DNA of 64,000 nucleotides, taken from assembly GCA_963792585.1 (NCBI GenBank), contig CAWBWI010000005.1, positions 157,312 through 221,311 of the forward strand, in the 5' to 3' direction. This DNA is from Candidatus Eiseniibacteriota bacterium (GTDB lineage: Bacteria > Eisenbacteria > RBG-16-71-46 > CAIMUX01 > VGJL01). This document shows, piece after piece, positions 1-9,867 of the stretch; the stretch's first letter is position 1, and each line of letters opens with the position of its first letter. A program made the translations under genes and the position numbers. Under the pieces are notes generated by a model. It searched no databases. It was not told the DNA's origin and worked only from the letters and a program-made list of their open reading frames with translations.

Positions 1-1
1 G

Positions 2-1723
2 CACCCTCTTTTCGAGGACGTGTCGGTCGGGTGCATCCTCCGACTCCGCGTGGAAGCGGACGTTGCGGATCGTCGCCGGCGGATCCCCCAACTCGTCGTC
101 GATGGTGAAGCCGCGCCCGACACCCGCTCCGCGTTCGAGGCCACGCTCGGCGCCGTGGGCGCCGCGCGCGCCTGGGGCGCGCCGCACCCGAGCCGATGCG
201 TCTTCCGCGCCTCGTGGGACATGCCGGGCGCGCGGCTGGTAGGCCGCTCCGGCGGACTCGCGTTCTTCCTCGCCGCGGCGACCGCGCGGGCCAGGCTCTC
301 CCCTTCCCTGTGGGACCGGATTCTCCCGGAGGGCCTCGCCGCGACGGGCGACGTCGAAGCGAAGACCGTCCTCCCCGTCGATCCGGACGGGCTTCTCACG
401 AAGGTGCGCGCGTCCCACCATGCGCGGGTGAAGATCCTGCTGGTTCCGAGAGCGCAGGAGGAAGCCGCCGCAGAGGAGGCGCGGTCGATGGAATCGATCG
501 CGCCGGGCCACCTCGTTGAGGTCGTCGGCGTGGACGACGTTCTGCAGATTTGGGCCGGCGGCTCCGTGGTGCGCCGTCGCGCGCGCGGATTGCCCCTCTT
601 CGTCCACGGGCTGCTTTCGTGGCTCACCCGCAGCCCCATCCGAATCGCGCTCCTGCTCGCGGTGTTCGCGGCGATCGCGGGCGCGCTGATCTTCACGGCC
701 GTGCGCTGGGAGAGGGACCCCGTCGCTGCCGAGTGGAAGGGCGAGCGCCTGGTGATGCGAAATCGCTACGGACATGCGTGGTCGATGCCAATGCTGTATC
801 CGCCGGCTCCCCGCGTCTTCTTCCAGCCAGACTGGGGCGCCCCGCTCGTGGTCATGAAGCCCCCCGGATCGGAGCGCTCCATCGTGATCGCGATCCTCGG
901 AGCGGGTCCTCAGGGATCGGAGCGCCTGGTCGCGCTGACTCCGGACGGCGACATTCTCTGGGAGACGGATTCCAGGCGAATCGGCGAACGCCACCACACG
1001 CCGGTCGCGGACGTCTGCTGGTTGGGCATTTACCTCTGCGGCCCGGCGGCGGACGGCTCCGCGCAAGTCTACGCGCTTCGGCGTTCGATCCAGTCGAATC
1101 TGTGCCTGATCGACCGGGTCGACGCGGGATCCGGCGCTTCCCGCGGCTGCCTTCGTAACCAGGGACACCTCGAGTTCAGCAGGGAGATTGACCTCGACAA
1201 CGACGGACTGCGCGAGGTCGTGTTCATGGGCACGCACAATCCCGATTCCTGCGCGATCGCGATCGTCCTTGATCCGGGCCGGATGCGGCCCATCTCCTCG
1301 GCGGATTCGCTCGATTCAATCCCCAACGTCTCGAATCCGTCGAGCCTGGGATCCGGTGTGGCCGCCTGCTGGCGCTTCGCCAACGATCGTTTCTCGACGC
1401 AGTTGCGCTCCACCTGCAACGGCCTGTACGAGGACAGCGTCGGGATCGTCCGGATCGCCACCAGCGGCTCAACGTCGGAGGGAAGCTTCCTCTACCGCCT
1501 GCGGACGGCGGATCTTCGTCGGCCGATGGTGCTCGACGTGCAGATCACGGACGCCTACCGGGCGTACCACAACGAACACATGGGTCGAGCGGTCCCTGCG
1601 GCGGAGATTGCCGCCGAAGAATCGCGCCTCGCCGGAAAGGCGGCGGTGCTGACGGAGGGGGGATGGGTCCCCATGCGTCGCTCGATCGCAACGTTTTCTG
1701 AAAGCGGCGCCGGGGTGAACTAA
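2..1723 (+). CDS. Membrane protein, 5'-partial: Lon/S16 protease-like domain, one TM helix, extracytoplasmic beta-propeller-like region
   Basis: Frame is open from base 2. GRSGGLA...LAATGDV...VLPV...TKVRA...ILLVP resembles the Lon_C Ser-Lys dyad region. Hydrophobic IALLLAVFAAIAGALIFTAV helix. FG-GAP-like DLDNDGLREVV motif. Confidence 0.6.
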   Translation, partial: HPLFEDVSVGCILRLRVEADVADRRRRIPQLVVDGEAAPDTRSAFEATLGAVGAARAWGAPHPSRCVFRASWDMPGARLVGRSGGLAFFLAAATARARLSPSLWDRILPEGLAATGDVEAKTVLPVDPDGLLTKVRASHHARVKILLVPRAQEEAAAEEARSMESIAPGHLVEVVGVDDVLQIWAGGSVVRRRARGLPLFVHGLLSWLTRSPIRIALLLAVFAAIAGALIFTAVRWERDPVAAEWKGERLVMRNRYGHAWSMPMLYPPAPRVFFQPDWGAPLVVMKPPGSERSIVIAILGAGPQGSERLVALTPDGDILWETDSRRIGERHHTPVADVCWLGIYLCGPAADGSAQVYALRRSIQSNLCLIDRVDAGSGASRGCLRNQGHLEFSREIDLDNDGLREVVFMGTHNPDSCAIAIVLDPGRMRPISSADSLDSIPNVSNPSSLGSGVAACWRFANDRFSTQLRSTCNGLYEDSVGIVRIATSGSTSEGSFLYRLRTADLRRPMVLDVQITDAYRAYHNEHMGRAVPAAEIAAEESRLAGKAAVLTEGGWVPMRRSIATFSESGAGVN

Positions 1724-1773
1724 GATAGGTCTGGAACAGGGGGAGCGGCGTGGCCCCCGGACGGGAACGAACC

Positions 1774-2334
1774 ATGGAGTGTTGGTCTCAGGGATCGTTG
1801 GAACGGGCGGCGATCCGTATGGCGGACGCGGGGATTGCGCCCGGCTGCGCGCCCAGCGCCGCAGTCGCCGCGGATCTCGTCTCTCTGCTCGCCCACGCGC
1901 AGACCTGCACTCGCTGCCGGGGCGTTCTCCACATTCTCTTCGACGCGGAAGTGCTCATGAGGGCGAGGGGACATCGTCCGATTGTCCTGCCGCTGCGGCT
2001 CCTGGATCCCACCGGCGCGTCGCGCGGGATGGACGCGGAGACTCCGCCCGGGTGGCGTGAGTCGTACCCGGTGGCGGCGCAAACCCCCGAAATCGGCCGA
2101 CGGATCGAGGATGGAACGACTCCGAGCCGCGTCCTTACGCTGACCACGAGCGACGATCGCTTCCTTGTGCGCATCCTGCCGAACAACCCCGGCCCCGGCG
2201 CAACCGCCATCCTGTATCCCGCGCGGGGTGGCGTGACGATCGAGATCGACGGGAAGAGCTTTGCATTCGACGAGACCGGAACCGCCACCCTACCCGGCTT
2301 CCCCGGCGCAGACATCTCACTCGTCCTCCGCTGA
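1774..2334 (+). CDS. Hypothetical protein with zinc-binding anti-sigma (zf-HC2/ZAS)-like motif
   Basis: N-terminal Cys followed by HAQTCTRC (HxxxCxxC). Confidence 0.5.
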   Translation: MECWSQGSLERAAIRMADAGIAPGCAPSAAVAADLVSLLAHAQTCTRCRGVLHILFDAEVLMRARGHRPIVLPLRLLDPTGASRGMDAETPPGWRESYPVAAQTPEIGRRIEDGTTPSRVLTLTTSDDRFLVRILPNNPGPGATAILYPARGGVTIEIDGKSFAFDETGTATLPGFPGADISLVLR

Positions 2335-2477
2335 CCGAAGGAAAACTTCTGAACGCGGACGCGCCTGCCCCTATGTCTCTAGGGCGGCGTCGGGGGTGGG
2401 CCGGCCGCGCATCCCAGACCGTGTCTCCGCGACCGTCCTGACCCGGCAGCCCGCCCCCGACGCGGCTGCTCGGGGAT

Positions 2478-4007
2478 CTACCAGATCGAACGCCGACGGC
2501 GCCGTGGCGGCGAACCCAACAGGGCCCCGAGAAGCCCTCGCGTCACCTCGCGCGTCACGGTCCGCGTCACGGGCGAGCGCAGCACCTCTTCGAGTTTGCT
2601 GGGCGGCTCCTTCGCCGCCCGGCGCGCCGGCGGCGGCGCCTCCGGCGCCTGGGGGGCGGGCGCCATCCTGGCTGCGAGCATCTCGCGCGCGCTGTCCCGG
2701 TCGACCGCCGTCGCATACGCGCGCACCTGCTCCGATGCTCCGAGTCTGGCGGCGAAGTCAGCGTCGTCGAGGGGACCCATCCGGGACGCCGGAGGCCCCA
2801 GGCGCGTGGCGAACGGCATCGTGGGCACGCCGGCCGGGGTGAGGACGGAAACGAGCGCATCGCCGATGCCGAGCGAGGTGAGGGTCGACTCGATCTCATA
2901 GAAGGGCGTCTTGGGAAGCGAGCGCGCGGCGGCGCGCAGGGCCTTGTCATCGTCGGGTGTGAAGGCCCGCAGCGCGTGCTGCACCTTGTTCCCCAGCTGG
3001 CCCAGTATATCACCCGGCACATCTTTGGGATTCTGCGTGACGAAGAAGATGCCCACCCCCTTCGACCGGATCAGCCGCACGATCTGTTCAACCTGATCGA
3101 GGAACGCCTTGCTCGCGTCGTCGAAGAGCAGGTGGGCTTCGTCGAAGAAGAAGACGAGCTTCGGCTTGTCGATGTCCCCCACCTCGGGAAGCTCGTGGTA
3201 GAGACGCGCGAGAAGTCCCATCATGAAGGTCGAGAAGAGAAGCGGCTTGTCGTTGACGTCGGAAAGCTCGAGCACGGTCACGCGGCCGTCCTCCGCGCCG
3301 TTCGTGACGAGCAGATCGTCCAGGTCGAACTCGGGCTCGCCGAAGAACCGTTCCGCCCCCTGCTGCTCCATCTCGACCATCTTGCGGAGGATCACGCCGA
3401 CCGTCGCCTTCGTGATGCCGCCGTAGTCCCTCAACTCCGCAGCGCCATCCTCGGTCAGGTATTGAAGCACAGACCGAAGATCCGCGAGATCGAGCAACGG
3501 GAGTCGCCGGTCGTCGCAGAACTTGAAGACCAGGGCGAGGACGCTCGTCTGGGTATCGTTGAGCGAGAGGATCTTGGAGAGGAGCAACGGTCCGAAGGAG
3601 GATACCGTCGCGCGCAGCTGCGCTCCCCGCGCGCCCGTGAGGCTGAGGAATTCGACCGGATAGGCGGCCGGGCGCCAGTCCCAGCCGGTCTCCTTCGCGC
3701 GCTGTGTGATTCGATCGTTTGACGTCCCCTCCGTACCGAGTCCGGAGAGATCCCCCTTGATGTCGGCGAGGAACACCGGCACCCCTGCGCTCGAGAGTTG
3801 CTCGGCGATCAGTTGCAGCGTTCGGGTCTTGCCGGTTCCCGTCGCGCCCGCGATCAGACCGTGACGGTTGGCCATCGCGAGGGGAAGTCGGACCAGCGGT
3901 TCACCGATGCACTCCGACCCGAGAATCGGGGCGCCCAGCAGGATCGAGGGGGCGTCCGCCGCGAAGGATCTCCTCGCGGCGTCGGTGAATTTCGGGTCCA
4001 ACGTCAT
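2478..4007 (-). CDS. yjgR: HerA-like ATPase, DUF853/YjgR family
   Basis: NRHGLIAGATGTGKT, DIKGDLSG, FFFDEAHLLF, RLIRSKGVG, QHALRAFTP. GGAGG RBS before ATG at 4007. Confidence 0.9.
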   Translation of the reverse strand: MTLDPKFTDAARRSFAADAPSILLGAPILGSECIGEPLVRLPLAMANRHGLIAGATGTGKTRTLQLIAEQLSSAGVPVFLADIKGDLSGLGTEGTSNDRITQRAKETGWDWRPAAYPVEFLSLTGARGAQLRATVSSFGPLLLSKILSLNDTQTSVLALVFKFCDDRRLPLLDLADLRSVLQYLTEDGAAELRDYGGITKATVGVILRKMVEMEQQGAERFFGEPEFDLDDLLVTNGAEDGRVTVLELSDVNDKPLLFSTFMMGLLARLYHELPEVGDIDKPKLVFFFDEAHLLFDDASKAFLDQVEQIVRLIRSKGVGIFFVTQNPKDVPGDILGQLGNKVQHALRAFTPDDDKALRAAARSLPKTPFYEIESTLTSLGIGDALVSVLTPAGVPTMPFATRLGPPASRMGPLDDADFAARLGASEQVRAYATAVDRDSAREMLAARMAPAPQAPEAPPPARRAAKEPPSKLEEVLRSPVTRTVTREVTRGLLGALLGSPPRRRRRSIW

Positions 4008-4327
4008 CTCTTTTGCCTCCATCCGGGCTTGCAGGGGTTGGGCCGTCGTCGTCGGGCCGCCGCGATCGCACCCGATTTCGTCTGGATGTGAGGATCGCGA
4101 CTCCCGGGAATCCATCATAGTCGACCCGCTCGCGCCCCGCAGCGCGATTCCCTGCCTTCCGGCCGCAGCATGCCAACGTGTAGAGTGGCCGAATCCGGAG
4201 CGGCCCGGGACGCGGGCGATCCGGCGAAACGGATGGTGGAGAACTGAGCACCGCGACGATCACCCAGAGGACAGGAGCCGATTACCCACGCGCTACGATA
4301 CGCGGCGCCCGCACGGCCCTGTTCCTC

Positions 4328-5179
4328 TTGCGCATCATCCTCCCCCTTTCCTTCGCGGTCAGCCTGCTCGACTGGACCGGGCTTCTCGCAAAGATCGGTC
4401 GGTTGCTCGCGCCCGCCATGAGCACCTTCGGCTTGCCGGGCGAGGCCGCACTCGCCCTGGTCTCGGGATGGTTGGTGGGAATCTATGGCGGCGTCGCCGC
4501 GATGGCGATCCTTCCCCTGGGCCCCGCACAGGTGACGATTCTCTCCCTGATGCTGCTGACGGCGCACAATCTGCCAGTCGAATGCACCGTGCAGCACAAG
4601 ACCGGAACCCCATGGTGGTTGAGCCTTCCGGTTCGCATCGCGACGGCGGCGGTGCTCGGATGGATCTGCGCCGCATTCCTCATCCCGCACGGCGCGCGCG
4701 GGGAGATCGCGATCCCGCCGTCCCTCCCCGCGGCGCATGCCTCCTTCGGGACTTTCTTGGAGCACTGGGCGGTGAGTGCCGGCAAGCTGGCCGTCAAGAT
4801 CCTCGTGATCCTGCTTGGCCTGATGCTCGTGACCGAGTGGATGCGGGCGCACGACATCTACCATCGCATCGCGCGGCCGCTGAAGCCCGTCCTCTCCGCG
4901 ATGGGACTCGCCCCGTCCGTCGCCTTCCTCTGGATTACAGCGATGGTCCTGGGGCTGGCCTACGGATCGGGTCTCTTGATGGAGGAGGCCCGCGAACCGG
5001 GACGCTATCGCGCGGCGGATCTGCGGGACCTGAACGTTTCGATCGGAATCTGCCACTCGGTCCTCGAAGACACGGCCCTTCTCTTCGCGCTCGGCGCTGG
5101 GCTATTGTGGATCACCGTGCCGCGCTTCATCGCGGCGGCGATCGTGGTTCGGCTCACGCGGATCGTCGCGCGGGCCTGA
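4328..5179 (+). CDS. Nucleoside-recognition (Gate) domain membrane protein
   Basis: Multi-TM ORF with GLPGEAALALVSG, AHNLPVE and CHSVLEDT motifs. The frame stays open upstream, so the true start may be earlier (~4245). Confidence 0.7.
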   Translation: MRIILPLSFAVSLLDWTGLLAKIGRLLAPAMSTFGLPGEAALALVSGWLVGIYGGVAAMAILPLGPAQVTILSLMLLTAHNLPVECTVQHKTGTPWWLSLPVRIATAAVLGWICAAFLIPHGARGEIAIPPSLPAAHASFGTFLEHWAVSAGKLAVKILVILLGLMLVTEWMRAHDIYHRIARPLKPVLSAMGLAPSVAFLWITAMVLGLAYGSGLLMEEAREPGRYRAADLRDLNVSIGICHSVLEDTALLFALGAGLLWITVPRFIAAAIVVRLTRIVARA

Positions 5180-5199
5180 GGGGGAAGTCCGAGGTGGGG

Positions 5200-5994
5200 A
5201 TGCGAGTCGATTGGGCGCTGGCGACCGACACTGGACGGGTGCGGACCCAGAACGAGGATTCCGCGATCGTCCGGGAAGCCGACGGCTTCGCCGTTCTGTG
5301 CGACGGGATGGGTGGGCACCTCGCGGGCGAGGTCGCGAGTCGAATCGGCGTGACGACGTTCGTCGAGTCGCTGGGTCGGCGGGCCGGGGCCGAAGGCAAC
5401 CACGGCGCTGTCACGCCCATGATCGGCGCGGTGCGCGCCGCCAACAACGCGATCTACCAGGCCGCGCGTTCCGCCACGGAGCACACGGGGATGGGCTGCA
5501 CGCTCGTCGCCCTGCGCATGATCGAGGGGCGCGCCTTCTACGTCAGCGTGGGTGACAGTCGCCTGTACCGGATGCGCGCGGGCGCCGTCGCGCAGGTCAC
5601 CGAAGATCACACGCGTCTGCGCATGTTCGCCCGCCTCGGAATTCCGCTCGATCCGGGCGAGGCGCGCATGCTTCGCGGCGTTCTGACCCGCGCCCTCGGA
5701 ACCTCCCCGGGAATCGACGTGGATTATGGCGAGATTGGCACCATGGCCGGTGACATTTGGCTCCTCTGCAGCGACGGCCTGACCGACGAACTGGATGACG
5801 GTGCGATCGGGGCGATTCTCGCGGAATCCCCGGTTGCACGCGAGGCCGCCAACCGCTGCGTCCGGGAGGCGATCCGGGCGGGAGGACGCGACAATGTCAC
5901 CGTTGTCGTCGCCCGCGTGATCGACGGCGGAACGTCGGGGACGCCCGGCGAGAAGCTCCCCGAACCGACGACCGATCCGGCCCCGCCGGCCTGA
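5200..5994 (+). CDS. PP2C-family Ser/Thr protein phosphatase (Stp1/PrpC-like)
   Basis: TDTGRVRTQNED, LCDGMGGH, VGDSRLY, LLCSDGL, GGRDNVTVV. GAGGT RBS. Confidence 0.9.
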   Translation: MRVDWALATDTGRVRTQNEDSAIVREADGFAVLCDGMGGHLAGEVASRIGVTTFVESLGRRAGAEGNHGAVTPMIGAVRAANNAIYQAARSATEHTGMGCTLVALRMIEGRAFYVSVGDSRLYRMRAGAVAQVTEDHTRLRMFARLGIPLDPGEARMLRGVLTRALGTSPGIDVDYGEIGTMAGDIWLLCSDGLTDELDDGAIGAILAESPVAREAANRCVREAIRAGGRDNVTVVVARVIDGGTSGTPGEKLPEPTTDPAPPA

Positions 5995-6088
5995 TTCGGG
6001 AGGATCCGGCGCCGCCGACCACGTACAGGAGGCGTCGGGGCGGCGCGTCCGCCTCCCGATCCGTCATCCCCGATCCTGGATCCACGGA

Positions 6089-7228
6089 CTACTTGAGAAC
6101 TTGCGTGGCGATCACGACCCTCTGGATCTCGGAGGTGCCCTCGTAGATCTCGGTGATCCGGGCGTCCCGGTAGAGCCGCTCGACGATGAACTCCTTCGTG
6201 TAACCGTACCCGCCGTGGATCTGGATCGCCCGGTGGGCGGCGCGGGTCGCCATCTCGCTGGCAAACAACTTTGCCTGGGCCGCTTCCCGCGTGATGCTTG
6301 CGCCGGTGTCCTTCAGCGACGCCGCGCGCCAGGTCAAGAGCCTCGCCGCTTCGAGCTCGGTCGCGGTGTCGGCGATCATCCACTGAAGCGCCTGGAAGCT
6401 CGAGATCGGCTTGCCGAACTGCTTGCGTTCCTTGGAGTACTTGAGCGACTCGTCGAGAGCGGACTGCCCGATGCCGACCGCCTGCGCCGCGATCCCGATG
6501 CGCCCCGCGTCGAGCGTGGTCATGGCGACGCGAAACCCCTTGTTCGGCTCTCCGAGCATGTTCGACTTTGGAAGCCGGACATTGTCGAAGTGGAGGGTGC
6601 ACGCGCCCGAGCCGCGGATGCCGAGCGTCTCCTCCTTGCGTCCGACGGTGAAGCCGGGCATATCCCGCTCCAGGATAAACGCGCTGATCCCGCGAACGCC
6701 GGAGGGCGGGTCGGTGAGGCAGAATACGAGGAACGTCTTGGCGATCATCGCGTTCGTGATGAAGATCTTCGAGCCGTTGAGGATGTAGTCCTCACCGTCC
6801 ACAACCGCCACGGTTCGCTGGCTCGCTGCGTCGGAGCCGGCCTCGGGCTCCGTCAATGCGAAGGCTCCGACCGCCTCCCCTTTCGCGAGGGGAACGAGGT
6901 ACTTTTGCTTCTGCTCTTCCGTCCCGAACTCCAGCAGGGGAAAGCAGACGAGGCTGTTGTGCGCCGAGACGATCACACCGGTCGCGGCGCACGCGCGCGA
7001 GATCTCCTCGATGATCAGGGCATAGGAGAAGGTGTCGAGTCCCGATCCGCCGTACTCGGGCGGGATGAATACCCCCAGAAAGCCGAGTTCCGCGAGCTTC
7101 GCGATCGATTCTCGGGGAAAGCGTCCTTCGGCGTCGACGGCCGCCGCGCGAGGCCGGACCTCCCGCTCCGCGAAGTCGCGTGCGGAGTCCAGGACCATCT
7201 TCTGCTCGTCACTGAGGTTGAAATCCAT
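6089..7228 (-). CDS. Acyl-CoA dehydrogenase (short/branched-chain type)
   Basis: FALTEPEAGSD, NGSKIFITN, RKQFGKPI, QIHGGYGY, IYEGTSEIQR. Confidence 0.95.
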   Translation of the reverse strand: MDFNLSDEQKMVLDSARDFAEREVRPRAAAVDAEGRFPRESIAKLAELGFLGVFIPPEYGGSGLDTFSYALIIEEISRACAATGVIVSAHNSLVCFPLLEFGTEEQKQKYLVPLAKGEAVGAFALTEPEAGSDAASQRTVAVVDGEDYILNGSKIFITNAMIAKTFLVFCLTDPPSGVRGISAFILERDMPGFTVGRKEETLGIRGSGACTLHFDNVRLPKSNMLGEPNKGFRVAMTTLDAGRIGIAAQAVGIGQSALDESLKYSKERKQFGKPISSFQALQWMIADTATELEAARLLTWRAASLKDTGASITREAAQAKLFASEMATRAAHRAIQIHGGYGYTKEFIVERLYRDARITEIYEGTSEIQRVVIATQVLK

Positions 7229-7291
7229 CAGTTTCCTCCGGAGTTCGGGTTCTTCAGGGACTCGCGGCCGCTCGTCCGAGCGTTGTTCATC

Positions 7292-8158
7292 CTAACCGAT
7301 CGCGGCGTTCGATCCAGTTCTTCCGAGCAGGTGGCGTAGCGCATCGTCCAGGTCCGGATACCGCCAGACGTACCCGGATGCCCGCAGGCGCGCGGGGTCC
7401 ACCCGCTGACTCGCCAGCAGCATCGCGTCCGCCGCCTCGCCGAAGACGGCTCTCAGGGCGAAACCCGGGACCGGGATCACCGCGAGACGTCCGAGGACGC
7501 GCGCCAGAGCACGGGTGAACACGGCGTTCGTCACGGCCCGGGGCGCGACCCCGTTGACGGGCCCTTCCAGGGACTCGGTGACCAGGGCATGCAGAATGAT
7601 GCCGATCAGGTCATCGAGAGCGACCCAACTGAACCACTGCCTGCCGTCGCCGATGCGACCGCCGAGTCCCAGCCGGAACAGCGGGAGCATCTTGCCAAGG
7701 GCACCGCCGGCGCCGCTGAGAACGACGCCGATCCGCGGGTGGACGACCCGAATTCCCCGCTCCCGGGCGGACGCGCAACCGGCCTCCCAGGCGCGACAGA
7801 CGTCGGGAAGAAACCCGGCTCCGCCCCGGCTTTCCTCGGTCAAGACTTCTTCCCCGCGATCCCCGTAGAAACCCACGGCGGACGCGCTGACCAGAACCCG
7901 CGGCGGCGTCTCCATCCGCGCCAACGCCTCGCAGAGGCGTCGAGTTCCCTCGTCCCTGCTCTCGAGGATCCGCCGCTTCTTCGCCTGGTTCCAGCGTCCC
8001 ACGATCGGCTCTCCGGCGAGATGAACGACCCCATCGATGCCCGTCGGAATCTCGGCCCACCCGCGCGCCAGACGCGTCACCCGATGCCCGCCCGAGGTGA
8101 GGAACGGGACGAGCGATCGTCCGATCATTCCCGTCGACCCGGTGATCAGAATGTTCAT
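7292..8158 (-). CDS. TIGR01777/YfcH-family NAD-dependent epimerase-like protein
   Basis: MNILITGSTGMIG, VHLAGEPI, SASAVGFYGDRG, GGRIGDGRQWFSW. Confidence 0.9.
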   Translation of the reverse strand: MNILITGSTGMIGRSLVPFLTSGGHRVTRLARGWAEIPTGIDGVVHLAGEPIVGRWNQAKKRRILESRDEGTRRLCEALARMETPPRVLVSASAVGFYGDRGEEVLTEESRGGAGFLPDVCRAWEAGCASARERGIRVVHPRIGVVLSGAGGALGKMLPLFRLGLGGRIGDGRQWFSWVALDDLIGIILHALVTESLEGPVNGVAPRAVTNAVFTRALARVLGRLAVIPVPGFALRAVFGEAADAMLLASQRVDPARLRASGYVWRYPDLDDALRHLLGRTGSNAAIG

Positions 8159-8427
8159 GGGATGATCCCCTTCCTCGCGCGCATGCGCCGCCGGATCCCC
8201 CTGCGTGATCCAGTGTCGATCGTTGCACATCCGATCCGGTTTCTCTCGGAAAGGGCTCCCACGAGGAAGAGTTTGCGCCCGCGGGGCGTGCCGACCCGAC
8301 TCCCGACCTCGACCGGTTCCCAGTGCGGGGTTGGCCGCTCCAGGGAGGCGGGGCGCCCATGCCACGCGAACAGATCCTCTGCAGGCGCCTCCACGCGGGA
8401 GCGACGCACGTAGAGGCGCGGGGTCAT
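8155..8427 (-). pseudogene. Degenerate SRPBCC-domain fragment upstream of the TIGR01777 gene
   Basis: MTPRLYVRRSRVEAPAEDLFAWHGRPASLERPTPHWEPVEV resembles the start of an SRPBCC domain, then similarity is lost. Confidence 0.5.
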
Positions 8428-9860
8428 CGCCTCTCCGCGGCCCGCGCGATGCCGCGCAGCATTCCCGCGAATACCCGCCGGTGGATCGGGTAGAGGATGT
8501 ACCAGTAGGCAAGACCGGGAAGGCCGAGAGGATCGAAGATCGCCGTCTGCCGGACGATCGCTCCGTCCCCGTCCGGCTCGACCGTGAACTCGAGCCACGC
8601 TCGTCCCGGGACCTTCATCTCGGCAACGAGCCGGAGTTCCCGATCCGGGACGATCCGCTCGACACGCCACCAGTCGACAGGATCGCCCACGTTCAGCCGA
8701 TCCGGATGGGGGCGGCCGCGCCGAACGCCGACACCACCCGCGAGCAGATCGAGGAATCCCCGCAGCCGCCAGATCCAATTCCAGGAGTAGTAACCGGTGT
8801 TCCCCCCGATCCTTCGGATCGGAGCGAAGGCGCGCGGACAGTCCGCCGCGACGCGGATCGCTCGCGAATCCACGATCCGGCTGCCAAATCTCACGCCGCC
8901 CCGAGGGCTTCGCAGTCCCGAAGCCGAGAGGGCATCGGACCAGCGCGTCTCGGCGGCCTCCCGGTCCTCGTTGCGGAGCGCCGTCGCAATCGCTTCCCGA
9001 ACGCCGAGCGGGCGAAGGGAAAAGAGCCGACGGGCAATGTCATCATCGACGATCGTCGGATGGCGAAGACTGTCGATCAACTTCCGTCCGACGCGGGCAT
9101 AGAGCGGTGTGACGAGGCCGAGCCACAAGCTCGAGAGGCGCGGGGTCAGGACCGGCACCGGGATCATCGTCCGCTTGAGGCCGCGTTGCCGGGCGTATTC
9201 CCGCATGATCTGACCGTAGGAGACGCGATCGGCTCCGCCGATCGGGATGATCCGGTTTCCTTCAACGGCAAGATCGATCGCGGATTCCAGGTAGTCGACT
9301 AGATCCGTAACGGCGATCGGTTGCGCCGGCACCGCAACCCAGCGGGGCGTGACCATCACCGGCAGACGTTCGACGAGCGCACGGATCATCTCGAAGGAAA
9401 GGCTGCCGGAACCGATGACGATCGATGCACGGAACTCGATCAGAGGAACACCCGAAGCCCGCAGGATCTCGCCGACCTCCTGCCGGCTCCGCAGATGGGC
9501 GGACAGGCCGGTTTCCGATCTTCCAAGTCCACCCAGGTAGATGATGCGGCGAACCCCGGAGTCGCGCGCGGCCAGGCCGAAAGCATGCGCGCCAACGCGA
9601 TCCTCCTCCTCGAACGATCCCGTGGAGCCCATCGAGTGGATGAGATAGTAGGCGGTCTCGACATCCCGCATTGCGGGAGCGAGGGAACTCGGCTCGAGGA
9701 CATCGCCCGCCGCCAGTTCGGTGGCCGCCCCCACGCGGCCCCGCAATCGCTCGGGCCGTCGCACGAGGCAGCGGACCCGGCGCCCCCCTGCCTCGAGCCG
9801 GCGGAGGAGCCGCCCCCCGATATAGCCGGTTGCGCCGGTCAGAAGGATCAGGCCGCCCAT
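8424..9860 (-). CDS. ybjT: SDR-like NAD(P)-binding protein with DUF2867 domain (YbjT-like)
   Basis: LLTGATGYIGGRL, YYLIHSM, HLRSRQEVG, GSGSLSFEMIR, AEMKVPGRAWLEF. Confidence 0.85.
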   Translation of the reverse strand: MGGLILLTGATGYIGGRLLRRLEAGGRRVRCLVRRPERLRGRVGAATELAAGDVLEPSSLAPAMRDVETAYYLIHSMGSTGSFEEEDRVGAHAFGLAARDSGVRRIIYLGGLGRSETGLSAHLRSRQEVGEILRASGVPLIEFRASIVIGSGSLSFEMIRALVERLPVMVTPRWVAVPAQPIAVTDLVDYLESAIDLAVEGNRIIPIGGADRVSYGQIMREYARQRGLKRTMIPVPVLTPRLSSLWLGLVTPLYARVGRKLIDSLRHPTIVDDDIARRLFSLRPLGVREAIATALRNEDREAAETRWSDALSASGLRSPRGGVRFGSRIVDSRAIRVAADCPRAFAPIRRIGGNTGYYSWNWIWRLRGFLDLLAGGVGVRRGRPHPDRLNVGDPVDWWRVERIVPDRELRLVAEMKVPGRAWLEFTVEPDGDGAIVRQTAIFDPLGLPGLAYWYILYPIHRRVFAGMLRGIARAAERR

Positions 9861-9867
9861 CGGGATC

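Noticed and set aside
3868..5994. 708-aa ORF as a large PP2C fusion
   Set aside because: Only the last 264 aa look like protein; the upstream part overlaps real genes in other frames, as expected in GC-rich DNA.
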